From positions 10,912,001-10,976,000 of the forward strand of contig NC_135830.1 of NCBI RefSeq assembly GCF_964213995.1: a DNA stretch of 64,000 nucleotides, read 5' to 3'. Both the position numbers and the translations under genes were made by a program. The DNA comes from Mustelus asterias. Taxonomy: Eukaryota. The stretch's first letter is position 1, and each line of letters starts with the position of its first letter. Under the pieces are notes generated by a model. It was not told the origin of the DNA. It saw only the letters and a program-made list of their open reading frames with translations, and ran no database searches. Of this stretch, positions 23,899-36,569 are shown piece by piece.

Positions 23899-25390
23899 GC
23901 CTTTGTCGTTCCTCAAGCGTCTGTCACGCTCAACGTCTATGTTTACGTTTGCTCCTCTGTGTGCGTCACTGTGGTTATGTACCCGGAGGGAACATGTCGA
24001 CATATTTTAGCATCAAATCTCTGTTCAATTGCTGTATAAATCTTCACGCTAAATGGTACAAAAATAACAAAAGCTTTGAAGTTGTAAGAGGAAATGACGT
24101 TTTATTTTGAATGGAGACTTTATTGAGTCAGTTCCGGCATGTTTTCATAACGGAAGCTGATTAAAATTTCACTCATCAACATTTAAACGGGCAGTGGATT
24201 TACTCGGTGTGATGGTGCGTTACAGTTCTATATCTACAATCAGAGCATCAATTTCTATCAGTTACTGAGAATGACAATAGGCTTGATAATATGTGCAGGA
24301 CGAATATAATTTGTCTAATTTTATTTGAATTCGACATTGCTAAATCTATTCCTATCATTGTGTTCCCGCAATGCAGAATCAGGACATCAATTCTGAACCA
24401 ACTCTCTGATATAGCATCTTACACAGTTCAAAATGATCAGCCCCACATCCTGAGACTGTGTCCCGTCCTTTAGATTCTCTGACCAGCGGAAACAATCTCC
24501 TTTCTTTCGTCTGACTCCAGAGAATAAACACCCAATTTACTCAGCCTTTCATCATAGGACAACTCCCTCATCTCAGGATCCAATCTTTCGAGCATTCCCC
24601 CGACAACTTCCAATGCAAGTCTATCAGTTCTCCATCGTGGGGATCAAAACTGCACAGAGTGTTGCAGCTGTGGTCTCAGGAGAACCAGGTTACAATTGTG
24701 GCAGACTTCTTGATTCTTGCATTTCATTTCCCTGATAATGAAAACCAAAATTCCCATTCACCACTTTGAGCATCAACACATAACTTTCTCAACTTTTTCA
24801 AGTAGGTCCTGTTCCTTCTACTTCTCTCTCTCCGTAACTAAATTTTCTTGCTCATTAATCTGTCTCCTCCCCACAACTTACTTCAACATCTAACTTGTTA
24901 CCGGAATCTCAAACGTAACCTCAGACTCCAGCGAGAATTTGACTCGCGACTATTGGTTTACAAAAAAAAACTGTGCTGTAATGAAGGCAGCTACTTGCGA
25001 AGATCAGAAAGTTTACCATAAACTGTGGAGTGAGGAGCAGACTGAATTTTTGTTGGTTGATATTTGATAGGTGTGGAAATGTCTGAGAAGTAGAACAGGG
25101 AGATAAAAAAATCTGACTTGAGAGCGGCAGATTTGGACAGGTATCAGATCCTTGGGTGAACAATGTTTGGGCCATGTGATTTATCTTCTGAGCTTGTTGT
25201 TGTTGTTACATCTCTGACTTTTCCAAGTCTGACACAAGATATCCAGCTGGAAGGTGAGTCTTGTTTTGCCCTTCACAGACACAGACTGAAAGCAGAAAAT
25301 GCTGATTACGCGCAGCAACGCAATTGATGCTTAATGACGAATGCAAATCATACTGAAATCGGAGCTATTCTGAAACTGAAGCATTGGAAG

Positions 25391-25461
25391 TGCTTGTTTC
25401 GGGTTTCGAAACAGAAATTTTCGCGTGTGAGGCGAATTTGATAACCACTACACTGCACATA
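25391..25461 (-). pseudogene. tRNA-Val(CAC) pseudogene
   Basis: GGTTTCGAAACAGAAATTTTCGCGTGTGAGGCGAATTTGATAACCACTACACT. Confidence 0.7.
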
Positions 25462-25727
25462 CACGATGACGGGTTTTGAACTCGCGGATCTACTTTGCTG
25501 GAGGAGGAACGAAGCTGGTTCCACAAGCCTATCAATTGCGCACAGTAATTCATATTTGCATTGCCTCTGCTCGTTCCTCCTGTCAAAATGAATAATGCTA
25601 CATTCTACTGCATGAATTTTTAGTGATTACATGTTCGATTAATGACGTTAAAAGTAATGACGTTTCAAGTAAATTGTAGAGTAACTGATACATTGGACCT
25701 GCGGTTGGCTTAATATCTTAGAAACTA

Positions 25728-25783
25728 GTAATCATGTCCGAGTGATTAACGTGATCGAGTTAAAATCCATTGGGATTTCCCGC
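25728..25783 (+). pseudogene. tRNA-Ser remnant
   Basis: GTAATCATGTCCGAGTGATTAACGTGATCGAGTTAAAATCCATTGGGATTTCCCGC resembles the Ser(AGA) 5' portion. Confidence 0.55.
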
Positions 25784-26233
25784 TTTTTATTATTCCTGCT
25801 TTCAATTGTATGTCTACAGAGTCAATTAAATCAAATCCATGCAAAAACTCGGGCGTGTTCCCATTTCCGTTAATTCACAGAAACATTCACGGATGCTGCA
25901 GCCGGAACTGGAACACCATCAGAACCATGTTAGTGTCAGCCTTGTTTTCATTGTGTTTGTCTCTCCTTAGGCCCCTGTCTCTCAGGTGTGTGTATTTGCT
26001 TCGTTTTCTCTGTGTCTCAGTGTGCTTCAGTTCCCGATGGAAACGAACAGCTTGTTACCGTCACAACATGATTCATACTCGTTCAAAAGTTGAATCTTGA
26101 AATGTTACAGAGAAAAGAGCAGAATGAAAGATGTAAGAGGAGTTTGTAATGTTTGAAGGAACTGCAGCTAAAAAGTAGAAGATTTGAGTGATGTTATTGA
26201 TGGTTGAGAGGAACGCATTGTAACCTTGGGGAT

Positions 26234-26470
26234 AAAAGCAAATTGCTGCGGATGCTGGAATCTGAAACCAAAAGGGGAAATGCTGGAAAATCTCAGCAGG
26301 TCTGGCAGCATCTGTAAGGAGAGAAATGAGCTGACGCTTCGAGTCCAGATGGCCCTTTTCAAAGCTGACATTTCAAATTGAGCTTTGGAAAAGTGTCACC
26401 TGGACTCGAAACTTCAGCTCCTTTCTCATTCTGGCAGACCTGCTGGGATTTTCCAGCATTTTCTCTTTTG
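26234..26470. mobile_element. Palindromic Penelope-derived insertion with two degenerate hammerhead motifs and a 14-bp TSD
   Basis: Arms AAATGCTGGAAAATCTCAGCAGGTCTG.. and ..CAGACCTGCTGGGATTTTCCAGCATTT are inverted. GTAACCTTGGGGAT flanks both sides (26220, 26471). Confidence 0.7.
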
Positions 26471-26589
26471 GTAACCTTGGGGATGCTGTTGGCCCGTTAA
26501 TTGTAAACTTTGTAATCAGAACAAACTGAGACACCAGATTCGAACAACATTTGGGTATTAAGAGTCGGACAAGGGTTATCACAGCAGTA

Positions 26590-26660
26590 GCCTGGCTACC
26601 TTAGTCGGTTGCATGGCAGATGTAATTGCAGAGTCTTGGGTTCAAGTTCCACGTTAGGCG
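26590..26660 (+). pseudogene. tRNA-Lys pseudogene
   Basis: GCCTGGCTACCTTAGTCGGT..GGGTTCAAGTTCCACGTTAGGCG, followed by the same ATTGTTTTTAAACTTTGC flank as the intact Lys at 52408. Confidence 0.7.
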
Positions 26661-28080
26661 CCATTGTTTTTAAACTTTGCTGATTTCCTGGTTAAATTCC
26701 AGCTCTCCATTCCTCCGGCAGTGACACCACTCAAACTGAGGCTTTCTCCATCTCGCATTGTTCATCTCACAATTACAGATTTCTGAATAAAAACTATTTG
26801 CAATCAGTAGAAGTCAAATAGTTTAGTGTTTCATTCAGGGAGAAGTTTTTTAGAAGTCATTTAGCCCGAGATTTTTATCCAGAAATTAGTGATATTTCTG
26901 TCAGTGTAAACGGTTAAATCTGACCTAATACCACCCGGATTTTAGCTTGTATCACCATCTCCATCGTCAGCGCTTTGGAGCCCATCACTGCCTTTGACTA
27001 TCTGTGTTTGATCTCAGCCTGTCACCCATGTAACATTTCCAACTCGGAAACAGTGATCCTGCTGCAGATGATTTACATTGCAATAAAAGCAGTAAATCCT
27101 GGAACTTTCAGCCAATCTGAGTGCTTCTGTGAAGAGCGAAACATTGTTTACATTTCTAGTCTATGTTCTTCCATTGGAATTGCATTGTGTCGCTGCACAA
27201 CTCGATTGGCTCTGTTTATCAATCCACTGAAGCTGTCAGTGAAAACTGCCCCCCACTTCACTGGGAGTAAATGGAACACGTTTATCATTGCAGCCGAACA
27301 AATATTCCTTCATGGGATATTCCCTTCACACCTGATGGGGCAGAGGGAACCTCAGTTTAAAATATCCGTTAGTGCAGCAATCTCTCAGTTATTCCGGAAT
27401 TTTAACCTATATTGTTGTGTTCAAGTCACAGTAATGCAATTTGGCCTAATGACATTCCAAAATCGTTACCAACAGAGTCACAGGAAATTAAACTATTTAA
27501 TGTAACAGAATTAATGGCAGGATTAGTGGGAGTGGTTCAGTAATGCATTTCACCCAGACGGTGGCTTATAGAACTCACAGCCTGAACTGTGATGAGGCAG
27601 AACTCTCCATTGGTTTTGAAAATAGAATACTTGGAAAAAAACTTGTGGTCCTGTAACCGACGGAGATGCAGAGAAACAGATACGATGTGGGATTAAACTG
27701 GAAGAAATTAGAGATTTAATGGTTTACAACGAATACAGAGTCAAGGAAAACAGAGCATGAGAGGAGGAAAGATCAAACGTCCTTACGGTAAAATGTAAGG
27801 CTGAAGTGATTGAATTACAACGGGAATGATTATTGTTTCCACTGACACAATATCCCAGATTTGGTTTCAAATTTGGCGCAAAATTGGAAGAATCCTTCTC
27901 GCTGAATAAAGCACTAAACTCGTCGACTTCCAGGGAAACAGAGACAGCTTTAAAGCAGAAAGCAATAAATGTGATGTGAACAAAGTGGGATGGAGAAAGT
28001 CTCAGTTTGAACGTTGACACTGCCGGGGGAAAGTGGAGCTGGAGTTCACCCAGGAAAGCAGCAAAGTTTAAAAGTAATGA

Positions 28081-28145
28081 CACCTAACTGGGGCTCAAAC
28101 CCTGAAATTAAAGCTTCATGTTTTACCGACTGAGCTAGACAGGAA
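28081..28145 (-). pseudogene. tRNA-Lys remnant (internal deletion)
   Basis: CACCTAACTGGGGCTCAAACCCTGAAATTAAAGCTTCATGTTTTACCGACTGAGCTAGACAGG, with flanks paralogous to about 52030-52900. Confidence 0.7.
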
Positions 28146-28759
28146 CACGGAAGAAGCGGCACTCCATATCCTAAAATATGTGAAGACTAACCTTTTTTTT
28201 GTCCATTTGTTGTCTCAGTTTATTCTGATTGCAAAGTTTACAATTAATCGACCGACAGAATCCCCGAGGTTTCAATGTATTCCTCTCAATCATCAATAAT
28301 TTCATTCACATCCTCCACTTCTTAGTTTCATCTCCATCCTAACATAGCAAACTCCTCTTACATGTTTCGCCTTAATATTTTTGTTCCAAGTCTCCCGGCT
28401 AGGTGAAATCAACGTTTCGGTATGGACACTGTAAAACTGTCTCCCAGTTTCAGAATTTTTAATCAGATTACTTCTGGTTATTCTGAACTATAGAAAGAAC
28501 AGACTCATCCCACTGAATATCTCCTCCCTGGACAACCGCCTCATCACAGAAATCAATCCAGGGAATTTAGCTCACACAGACACAGCAGAAAAAAAGAGCA
28601 AAAAAATGAACAGTGATAGATGCACAGACAGAGAGACTGAGGGGAGAAAAGAATGGGACAGTTATAGAGACAAAGTGAGACAGACAGTGACAGAGATTGG
28701 GATGGACACACAACCCACGAATGAATCATAATAAACACACAGCCAGCTGTCCGAATTAC

Positions 28760-30270
28760 AAGCATAGAGTCATGGAGGTTTACAGCATGGAAACAGGCCC
28801 TTCGCCCCACATTGTCCATGCCGCCACTTTTTTAAACACTAAACTTGTCCCAATTGCCTGTGTTGGGCCCATATCCCTCTATAACCATCTTACCCATTTA
28901 ACTGTCTAAACACTTTTTAAAAGACAAACCTGTACCCGCCTCTCCTACTACATCTGGCAGCTTATTCCAGACACTCACCATCCTCCATGTGAAAAGATTG
29001 ACCATCTGGGCACTTTGTATCTCTCCCCTCTCACCTTAAACCTATGCCCTCCAGTTTTAGACTCCCCTACCTTTGAGAAAAATATTGACTATCTAGCTGA
29101 TCTATTCCCCTCATTATTTTATAGACCTCTATAAGATCACCCTCAGTCTTCCATGCTCCAGAGAAAAAAGTCCAAGTCTATCCATCCTCTCCTTATAACT
29201 CAAAATATCAGTCCCGGCATCATCCTAGTAAATCTTTTCTGCATTCCTTCTAGTTTAATAATATCCTTTCGAGAATATGGTGGCCAGAGCTGTACACAGT
29301 ATTCCAAGTGTGGCCTTACCAATGTCTTGTACAACTTCAACAAGACATCCCAACTCCTCTATTCAATGTTCTGGCCAATGAAACCAAGCATGCTGAATGC
29401 CTTCTCCGCCACCGTCCACCTGTGACTAAACTTTGAAGGAGCGATGAACTGTACCCCAAGATATCTTTTTTTCTAAAACTCTCACCAACGCCCGACCATT
29501 AATTGAGCAAGTCCTGTCCTGGTTCGATCTACCAAAATGCATCACCTCGCATTCATCTAAACTAAACTCCATTTGCCATTCGTCAGCCCACTAGCCCAAT
29601 TGATCAAGATCCCGCTGCAATTCTCGATAACCTTCTTCACTGTGCATAATGCCTCCAATCTTGGTGTCATCTGCAAACTTACTAACCATGCCTGCTAAAT
29701 TCTCATCAAAATCATTAAAATAAATGACAAATAACAGTGGAACCAGGACCGACCCTGAGGCACACCGCTGGTGACAGGCCTCCAATTTGAAAGCAACTCT
29801 CTACAACCACCCTCTGTCTCCTATCATCAAGCCAATTTTACATCCATTTGGCTACCTCACGCGGAATACCGTAAGATTAAACTTATGCAACAACCTGCCA
29901 TGCCGTATCTTGTCAAATGCCTCCTAATGTCCATGCAGACAACATCAATTACACTGCCCTCATCGGCCTTCTTGGTTACCCTTTCAAAAAACTCAATCAA
30001 ATTTGTGAGACATGATTTTCCACTCACAGAACCATGCTGATCAGTCCTTGCCTCTCTCAATGCCTCCAGATCCTGTTTCTCAGACTACCTTCGAACAACG
30101 TCCCCACTACAGATGTGAGGCTCAGCAGCCTGTAGCTCCCAGGCTTCTCCCTGCAACCCTTTTTAAACAAAAGCACGGCATTTCCCACCCTCCAGTCTTC
30201 AGGCAGATCACCTGTGGCTTTCGATGATTCAGATATCTCTGCAAGGGGACCCGCAATTTCCCCGAGTCTC
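28760..30270 (-). mobile_element. CR1-clade LINE 3' portion, degraded
   Basis: ORF fragments GSVLVPLLFVIYFND..SKFADDTKIGG and QHGSVSGKSCLTNLIEFFE. Confidence 0.85.
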
Positions 30271-30295
30271 CCATAACGTGGGAGGTCGTCTGAAG

Positions 30296-32910
30296 CATAG
30301 AAGCATAGAAAAACAGCTCAGAAACAGGCCTTTTGGCCCTTCTTGTCTGTGCCGAACCATTTTATGCCTAGTCCCACTGACCTGCACTTGGACCATATCC
30401 CTCCACACCCATCTCATCCATGAACCCGTCCAAGTTTTTCTTAAATGTTAAAAGTGACCCCGCATTTACCACTTTATCCGGCAGCTCATTCCACACTCCC
30501 ACCATTCTCTGCGTGAAGAAGCCCCCGCTAATATTCCCTTTAAACTTTTCTCCTTTCACCCTTCAACCATGCCCTCTGGTTTTTTTCTCCCCTAGCCTCA
30601 GCGGAAAAAGCCTGCTTGCATTCACTCTATCTATACCCATCAAAATCTTATACACCTCTATCAAATCTCCCCTCAATCTTCTACACTCCAGGGAATAAAG
30701 TCCCAACCTATTCAATCTCTCTCTGTAACTCAGCTTCTCAAGTCCCGGCAACATTCTTGTGAGCCTTCCCTGCACTCTTTCAATCGTATTTACATCCTTC
30801 CTGTAACTAGGTGACCAAAACTATACACAATACTCCAAATTCGGCCTCACCAATGCCTTATATAACCTTACCATAACACTCCAACTTTTATACTCGATAC
30901 TCCGATTTATAAAGGCCAATGTACCAAAGGCACTCTTTACGACCCTATCCACCTGTGACGTCGCTTTTAGGGAATTCTGTACCTGCATTCCCAGATCCCT
31001 CTGTTCAACTGCACTCTTCAGAGTCCTACCATTTACCCTGTACGTTCTTCTTTGGTTTGTCCTTCCAAAGTGCAATATCTCACACTTGTCTGCGTTAAAT
31101 TCCGTTTGCCATTTTCAGCCCATTTTTCTGGTTGGTCCAAATCCCTCTGCAAGCTTTGAAAACCTTCCTCACTGTCCACTACACCTCCAATCTTTGTATC
31201 ATCAGCAAACTTGCTGATCCAATTTACCACATTATCATCCAGATCATTGATATAGATGACAAACAACAATGGACCCAACACCGATCCGTGCGGCACACCA
31301 CTAGTCACAGGCCTCCACTCAGAGAAGCAATCCTCCACAACCACTCTCTGGCTTCTTCCATTGAGCCAGTGTCTTATCCAATTTACTACCTCCCCATGTA
31401 TACCCAGCGACTGAACCTTCCTAACTAACCTCCGATGAGGGACCTTGTCAAAGGTCTTGCTGAAATCCAGGTAGACAACATCCACCGCCTTCCCTTCATC
31501 CACTTTCCTGGTAACCTCCTCGACAAACTCTAATAGATTGGTCAAACATGACCTACCACGCACAAAGCCATGTTGACTCTCCCTAATAAGTCCCTGTCTA
31601 TCCAAATATTTGTAGATCCTATCCCTTATCACACCTTCCAATAACTTGCCCACCACCGACGTCAAACTTACTGGCCGATAATTTCCGGGATTTCTTTTGG
31701 AACCTTTTTTAAACAACGGAACAACATGAGCCATCCTCCAATCATCCGGCACCTCCCCCGTGAATACTGACATTTTAAATATGTCTGCCAGGGCCCCTGC
31801 AAGTTCAACACTAGCTTCCCTCAAGGTCCGTGGGAATACCCTGTCCGGTCCTGGGGATTTATCCACTCTGATTTGCCTCAAGACAGCAAGCACCTCCTCC
31901 CCTTTAATCTGTAATGGTTCCGTGTCCTCCCTACCAGTTTGACCTATTTCCGTGGACTCCATGCCCGTTTCCTCAGTAAATACGGATGCAAAAAACCCAT
32001 TTAGTATCTCCCCTATCTCTTGTGGTTCCATACACAGTCTACCACTCTGGTCTTCAAGAGGACCAATTTTATCCCTCATTATCCTTTTGCTCCTAACATA
32101 CCTATAGAAGCTCTTTGGATTTTCCTTCACTCTGTCTGCCAAAGCAACCTCATGTCTTCTTTTTGCCCTCCTGATTTCCCTCTTAAGTAGCTTCTTGCAC
32201 TTTTTATACTCCTCGAGCATCTGATCTGTTCCTTGCTGCCTGTACATTTCATACAACTCTCTCTTCCTCTTAATCAGTGTTACAATCTCCCTCGAGAACC
32301 AAGGTTCCTTATTCCTATTTACTTTGCCTTTAATCCTGACAGGAACATACAAACTCTGCACTCTCAAAATTTCTCCTTTGAAGGCCTCCCACTTTCCATT
32401 TACATCCTTACCAGAGAACAGCCTGTGCCAATCCACACTTCCCAGATCCCTTCTCATTTCATCAAATTTGGCCTTTTTCCAGTTCAGAACTTCAACCCGA
32501 GGACCAGGTCTATCCTTATCCACGATCAGGTTGAAACTAATGGCATTATGATCACTGGATCCAAAGTGTTCCCTCACACTCACATCCATCACCTGCCCTA
32601 ACTCATTTCCCAATAGGAGATCCAATATCGCATCCTCTCTAGTTGGCACCTCTATATACTGATGTAGAAAATTCTCCTGAACACATTTTACAAACTCTAC
32701 CCCGTCTAAACCTTTAACAGTATGCGAGTCCCAATCTATATGTGGAAAATTAAAATCTCCTACTATCACAACTTTGTGTTTCTTGCAGTTGTCTGCTATC
32801 TCTCCGCTGATTTGCTCCTCCAATTCTCGCTGACTATTGGGTGGTCTATAATACAAGCCCATTGATGTGGTCATACCTTTCCTGTTTCTCAGCTCCACCC
32901 ATAGGGCCTC
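30296..32910 (-). mobile_element. Young CR1-clade (HER1-like) LINE, 5'-truncated
   Basis: Long ORF2 and a (CTTCTATG)n-type tail at about 30296. Near-identical to the 41935-42783 copy. Confidence 0.95.
31033..32898 (-). pseudogene. LINE ORF2 (partial APE endonuclease + reverse transcriptase), frameshifted near 31110
   Basis: VGDFNFPHIDW, SSDHNAI, KSPGPD, NYRPVSLTS, GVPHGSVLGPLLF and KFADD motifs. One T is missing relative to the 42750 copy. Confidence 0.9.
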
Positions 32911-33111
32911 TGTCGAAGGAATGAGGTCCTCTCAATTCGTGTCTGCAAGCAGAGTCAGCCATTGAAAATGTTTTGATTTACTTGTGAGCCTGCTATGGCG
33001 TTAGAATGTGTTCAGGTTCTCAACCCAAAGCCCATATGAAGCAATCCCGCCGTGTACACGGAAAATAAATTTACAGAACCAGTACCTTGTCCAATTCAAA
33101 ACAGCAGAAAT

Positions 33112-33190
33112 GGATTTGAACCCGGGACCTCTCGCAAGCTTGCGAATTTCAACACCCAAAGCGAGAATCATACCCCTAGACCAACGAGCC
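33112..33190 (-). pseudogene. tRNA-Pro(TGG) with 18-nt intron-like insertion (33137-33154); 3' acceptor strand lost
   Basis: Revcomp GGCTCGTTGGTCTAGGGGTATGATTCTCGCTTTGGG-tgttgaaattcgcaagct-TGCGAGAGGTCCCGGGTTCAAATCC, then unrelated sequence. Confidence 0.9.
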
Positions 33191-33569
33191 TTCGTTGCAA
33201 ATATTTGCCAAATAATTATATTTTCATTGTCATCCAAAATTGATCATACATCTGCAGTGAAAGTTGAAAATGCTGGAATCGCTCAGAAAGTCAGAGAGTG
33301 TGTGTGCACAGAGAAACAAAGCTCATCTTTCACCTCTATACCCTTTAACTGACACTGGGGATGCTTAAAAATGTAGAACGTTTCGAGCAAATGAGATGCA
33401 GGAGGGAGGAAACATAACATCCTGTCGGGTGGAAGTCAGGAGAGGTGAGATGAGGGAAACAAAGAAACACAAAGCGATTAACCACAGAATTAGGCCGTTC
33501 CGAAGTTCTTTCCAGGACACACATGTGCTGTGGATAAAGGGGAACCGGTGAATGTAATGTACATAGATT

Positions 33570-34190
33570 ACACTGGATTGCTTGCCTTTATAGGACGGGG
33601 CATAGAGTTTAAAAGTTGGGGTCTGATGTTGCAGTTGTATAGAACGTTGGTTTGGCCGCATTTGGAATACTGCACCCAGTTCTGGTTGCCACACTACCGG
33701 AAGGACATAGAGGCTTCAGAGAGAGTGCAGAGGAGGTTTACCAGGATGCTGCCTGGTATGGAAGGGCTTAGTTATTCGGAGAGATTGGGTAAACTGGAGT
33801 TGTTCTCACTGGAAAGACGGAGGATGAGGGGTGACCGAATAGAGGTGTATAAAGTTATGAAAGGCATAGTTAGGGTGAACGGTGGGAAGCTTTTTCACAG
33901 GTCGGTGGTGACGTTCACGAGGGGTCATAGGTTCAAGGTGAGGGTGGGAGGTTTAACACGGATATCAGAAGGACGTATTTTACACAGAGGGAGGTGGGGG
34001 CCTGGAATGCGCTGCCGGGCAAGGTGGTGGAGGCGGACAAACTGGGAACGTTTAAGACTTATCTAGATAGCCACATGAACGGAGTGGGAATGGAGGGATA
34101 CAAAAGAATGGTCTAGTTTGGACCAGAGAGCGGCGCGGGCTTGGAGGGCCGAAGGGCCTGTTCCTGTGCTGCATTGTTCTTTGTTCTTTG
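33570..34190 (+). mobile_element. CR1-clade LINE 3' end
   Basis: ORF 33530-34066 includes LYRTLVWPHLEYCTQFW..ERVQRRFTRMLPG. Tail TGTTCTTTGTTCTTTG. Confidence 0.9.
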
Positions 34191-34849
34191 GAGCCACATT
34201 GAGTTTTGCAAGTTCCACTCAGTAATATGGAAACATAGGGATCAGGAGCTCAAAGAGGCAAATTCAGCCCTTCGAGCCTGCTCCGTCATTCAATCAGATC
34301 ATGGCTGATCTCTCCCTGGTCTCAAGTCCACTTCCCCATTGTTTCCTTAAAAAGTGGTCAAGTCCACTTCCCCATCTGTTCCTCATTTCCCTTTAAACAT
34401 TTTTTGAAAAAATCAGAAATATATCTATCTCCTTTTGAAACCATTCAATCTTTCAGAACCCACCGCGTTCTGGGGCAACGAATTCCAGACACTCGCCACT
34501 CTGCGAGAACACTCTCTGCGAGAAGTACGTCCTCCTCATTTCAGATTTAAATCCACCGCCTCTCAATCTATACCTGCGTCTTCTTGTTCTACATTGCCCC
34601 ATTGAGGAATCATTTGGTCGACGTTTATTCCATTTGTTCCCTTTAGACTTTTGTACACCTCGATAACTTCAGCAACTTATGAGACTATTTCACCTCGCTG
34701 TCGACGTCATGTCCTGGCAAATACAGTAAGTGTTGTCATTCGCTGAAAGAACCAAGTGTGTCCCTCTAAACAGGATATTCTGAAGGAAATACTTGTCGCT
34801 GATGAAAATGATCTGAGATGAAAATAATAAGCAGAGAGATGTATTTTAA

Positions 34850-35155
34850 AGTTTATTTAGTCGTGTTACAAGTAGGCTTGCATTAACATTTCAGTGAAGT
34901 TGCTGTGAAAATCTGCTGGTCGCCACACTTGGCTGCCTGTTTAGGTAATTAGCAGAAGAATTAGCATAGCCAATCCAACTACCGTGCGCATCTTTGCACT
35001 CTGGGAAGAAACCAGAGCATTCGCAGGAAACCCAAACAGAAACACGAAGAACGTGCAGACTCCACACAGACAATGATCCAAGCCAAGTATCGAACGCTTG
35101 TCTTTCGCACTGTGAGGTAACAGTACCAAACACTACACCACCGTCCCATAGGGTA
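34850..35155 (-). mobile_element. V-domain SINE (HE1-related)
   Basis: Reverse V-domain ACGTGCAGACTCCACACAGACA. A similar element lies at 47755-48050. Confidence 0.7.
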
Positions 35156-35633
35156 CGTCAGTTTAAAAATACAGTTCACCCGTTACCCTTGGAGTTAAGT
35201 GGTTTGTGTTCAGTACCCACCCCTCCCGCTCCCTCCCTGCTGTGTTAATTGCAGGTCAGAAAATGAAGATTTATTGCTCTCGTCCTAACCGTGAAAATAA
35301 ATATCGGCTATTTCTTGGAAGAACAGAGAAATCTCAGTCTCGCTTCGTGTCCGTCCTTTTTGAAGTGAAGACCGTGATCAAATTCAACAGGAAGTTTTAT
35401 TTTCATTTCGCAGGAGATTGGGAAACAGGCGAGGTTAAGGTAGTTTAAATGGTGTCGACCCTTCACTGCAGCTCATTTTGTCTCAGACTGGAGATGGATT
35501 CTATTTGTTACACAGTTCAGGATTACCAGATTCAGCGAAGGAGCAGATTCAAGCCTTCTGATGGCCTTTCCCAGCTCCGTTGCTTCTAATGTATTTCAGT
35601 AACAATAACAGTAAATAACACGCTTACCATGTT

Positions 35634-35716
35634 GTTTAGCGTGGCCGAGTGATCTACGGCGCTGGAAATAATACTCCAGTTTCTGCAAAAAAGTTTCTTC
35701 GAATCCCACAATTGAC
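35634..35716 (+). pseudogene. tRNA-Leu remnant
   Basis: TAGCGTGGCCGAGTGATCTACGGCGCTGGA..CTCCAGT..TTCGAATCCCAC, with flanks paralogous to the 16330 gene. Confidence 0.7.
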
Positions 35717-36569
35717 AGAATTGTTGTTTGCTTTGGCCCTTGCAGCTGAAGATAAACAGTTCAGACTGAATGTAGCAGTGTGGGCGGTGTCGTTCCTGGT
35801 AGGAAAAAAGAGGAGGAACAGTGCCAATGAAACAGTTGTTGGGGGAAAGGAGAATGTTTGGAAGGAGTGCAGTTGCTCCTATAGGGGGAACAAACGGAAA
35901 CACCGGCTGAATGACTGGCTGCCGATATAAGCAACAGTATTGCAAACAGTGAGACTGTATTCCCGGCCCAGGGGTTAAGTTCTGGATAAAAGCAAATTAC
36001 TGCGGATGCTGGAATCTCTGAAAGTGAGTCATCTGGATTCGAAGCTACAGCTCTTTTCTCTCCTTACAGATGCTACCTGACCTGCTGAGGTTTTCCAACA
36101 TTTTCTCATTTGGTTCCAGGGACAAATGTGACGAATTTAGATTTTCCAAGTGAAGTTCAAATCCTGTCCTGTACGCTTCCCATCATTCCTCATTGTGACT
36201 ATGTTTTTAGGGAAAGTCATTTGAATTAAAGCAATGGGTACGAAGATGATCATCTCATTACCAATGTGTCACGTCAGCTTCCCTGAGAGCATAATGATCA
36301 GGATTCGGCGCAGTGGCCCCACGTTCAATTCCCAGTCATGGAGTCAATCATCTTTTGTTCAATTCTTCATTTACTGAAAACACGACTCACAGCGCCTGTG
36401 AAGGGAGAAACAAGGTTAATCTTCCAGCTGGATGAGTTTATATCAGAGCTGGGAAAATCAAACGTGTAACTTTGACAATAAACTCTGAAGAAGAGTCAGA
36501 TGATACACACGACGCACATGTCAAATCTTGTTACTTTCAAGTTGCATATTTTAACTTCCTTCCCCTGTG

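Noticed and set aside
26975-27505. 176-aa ORF
   Set aside because: Non-ATG start, no domain, and it begins in a spacer repeat whose paralogs lack the frame.
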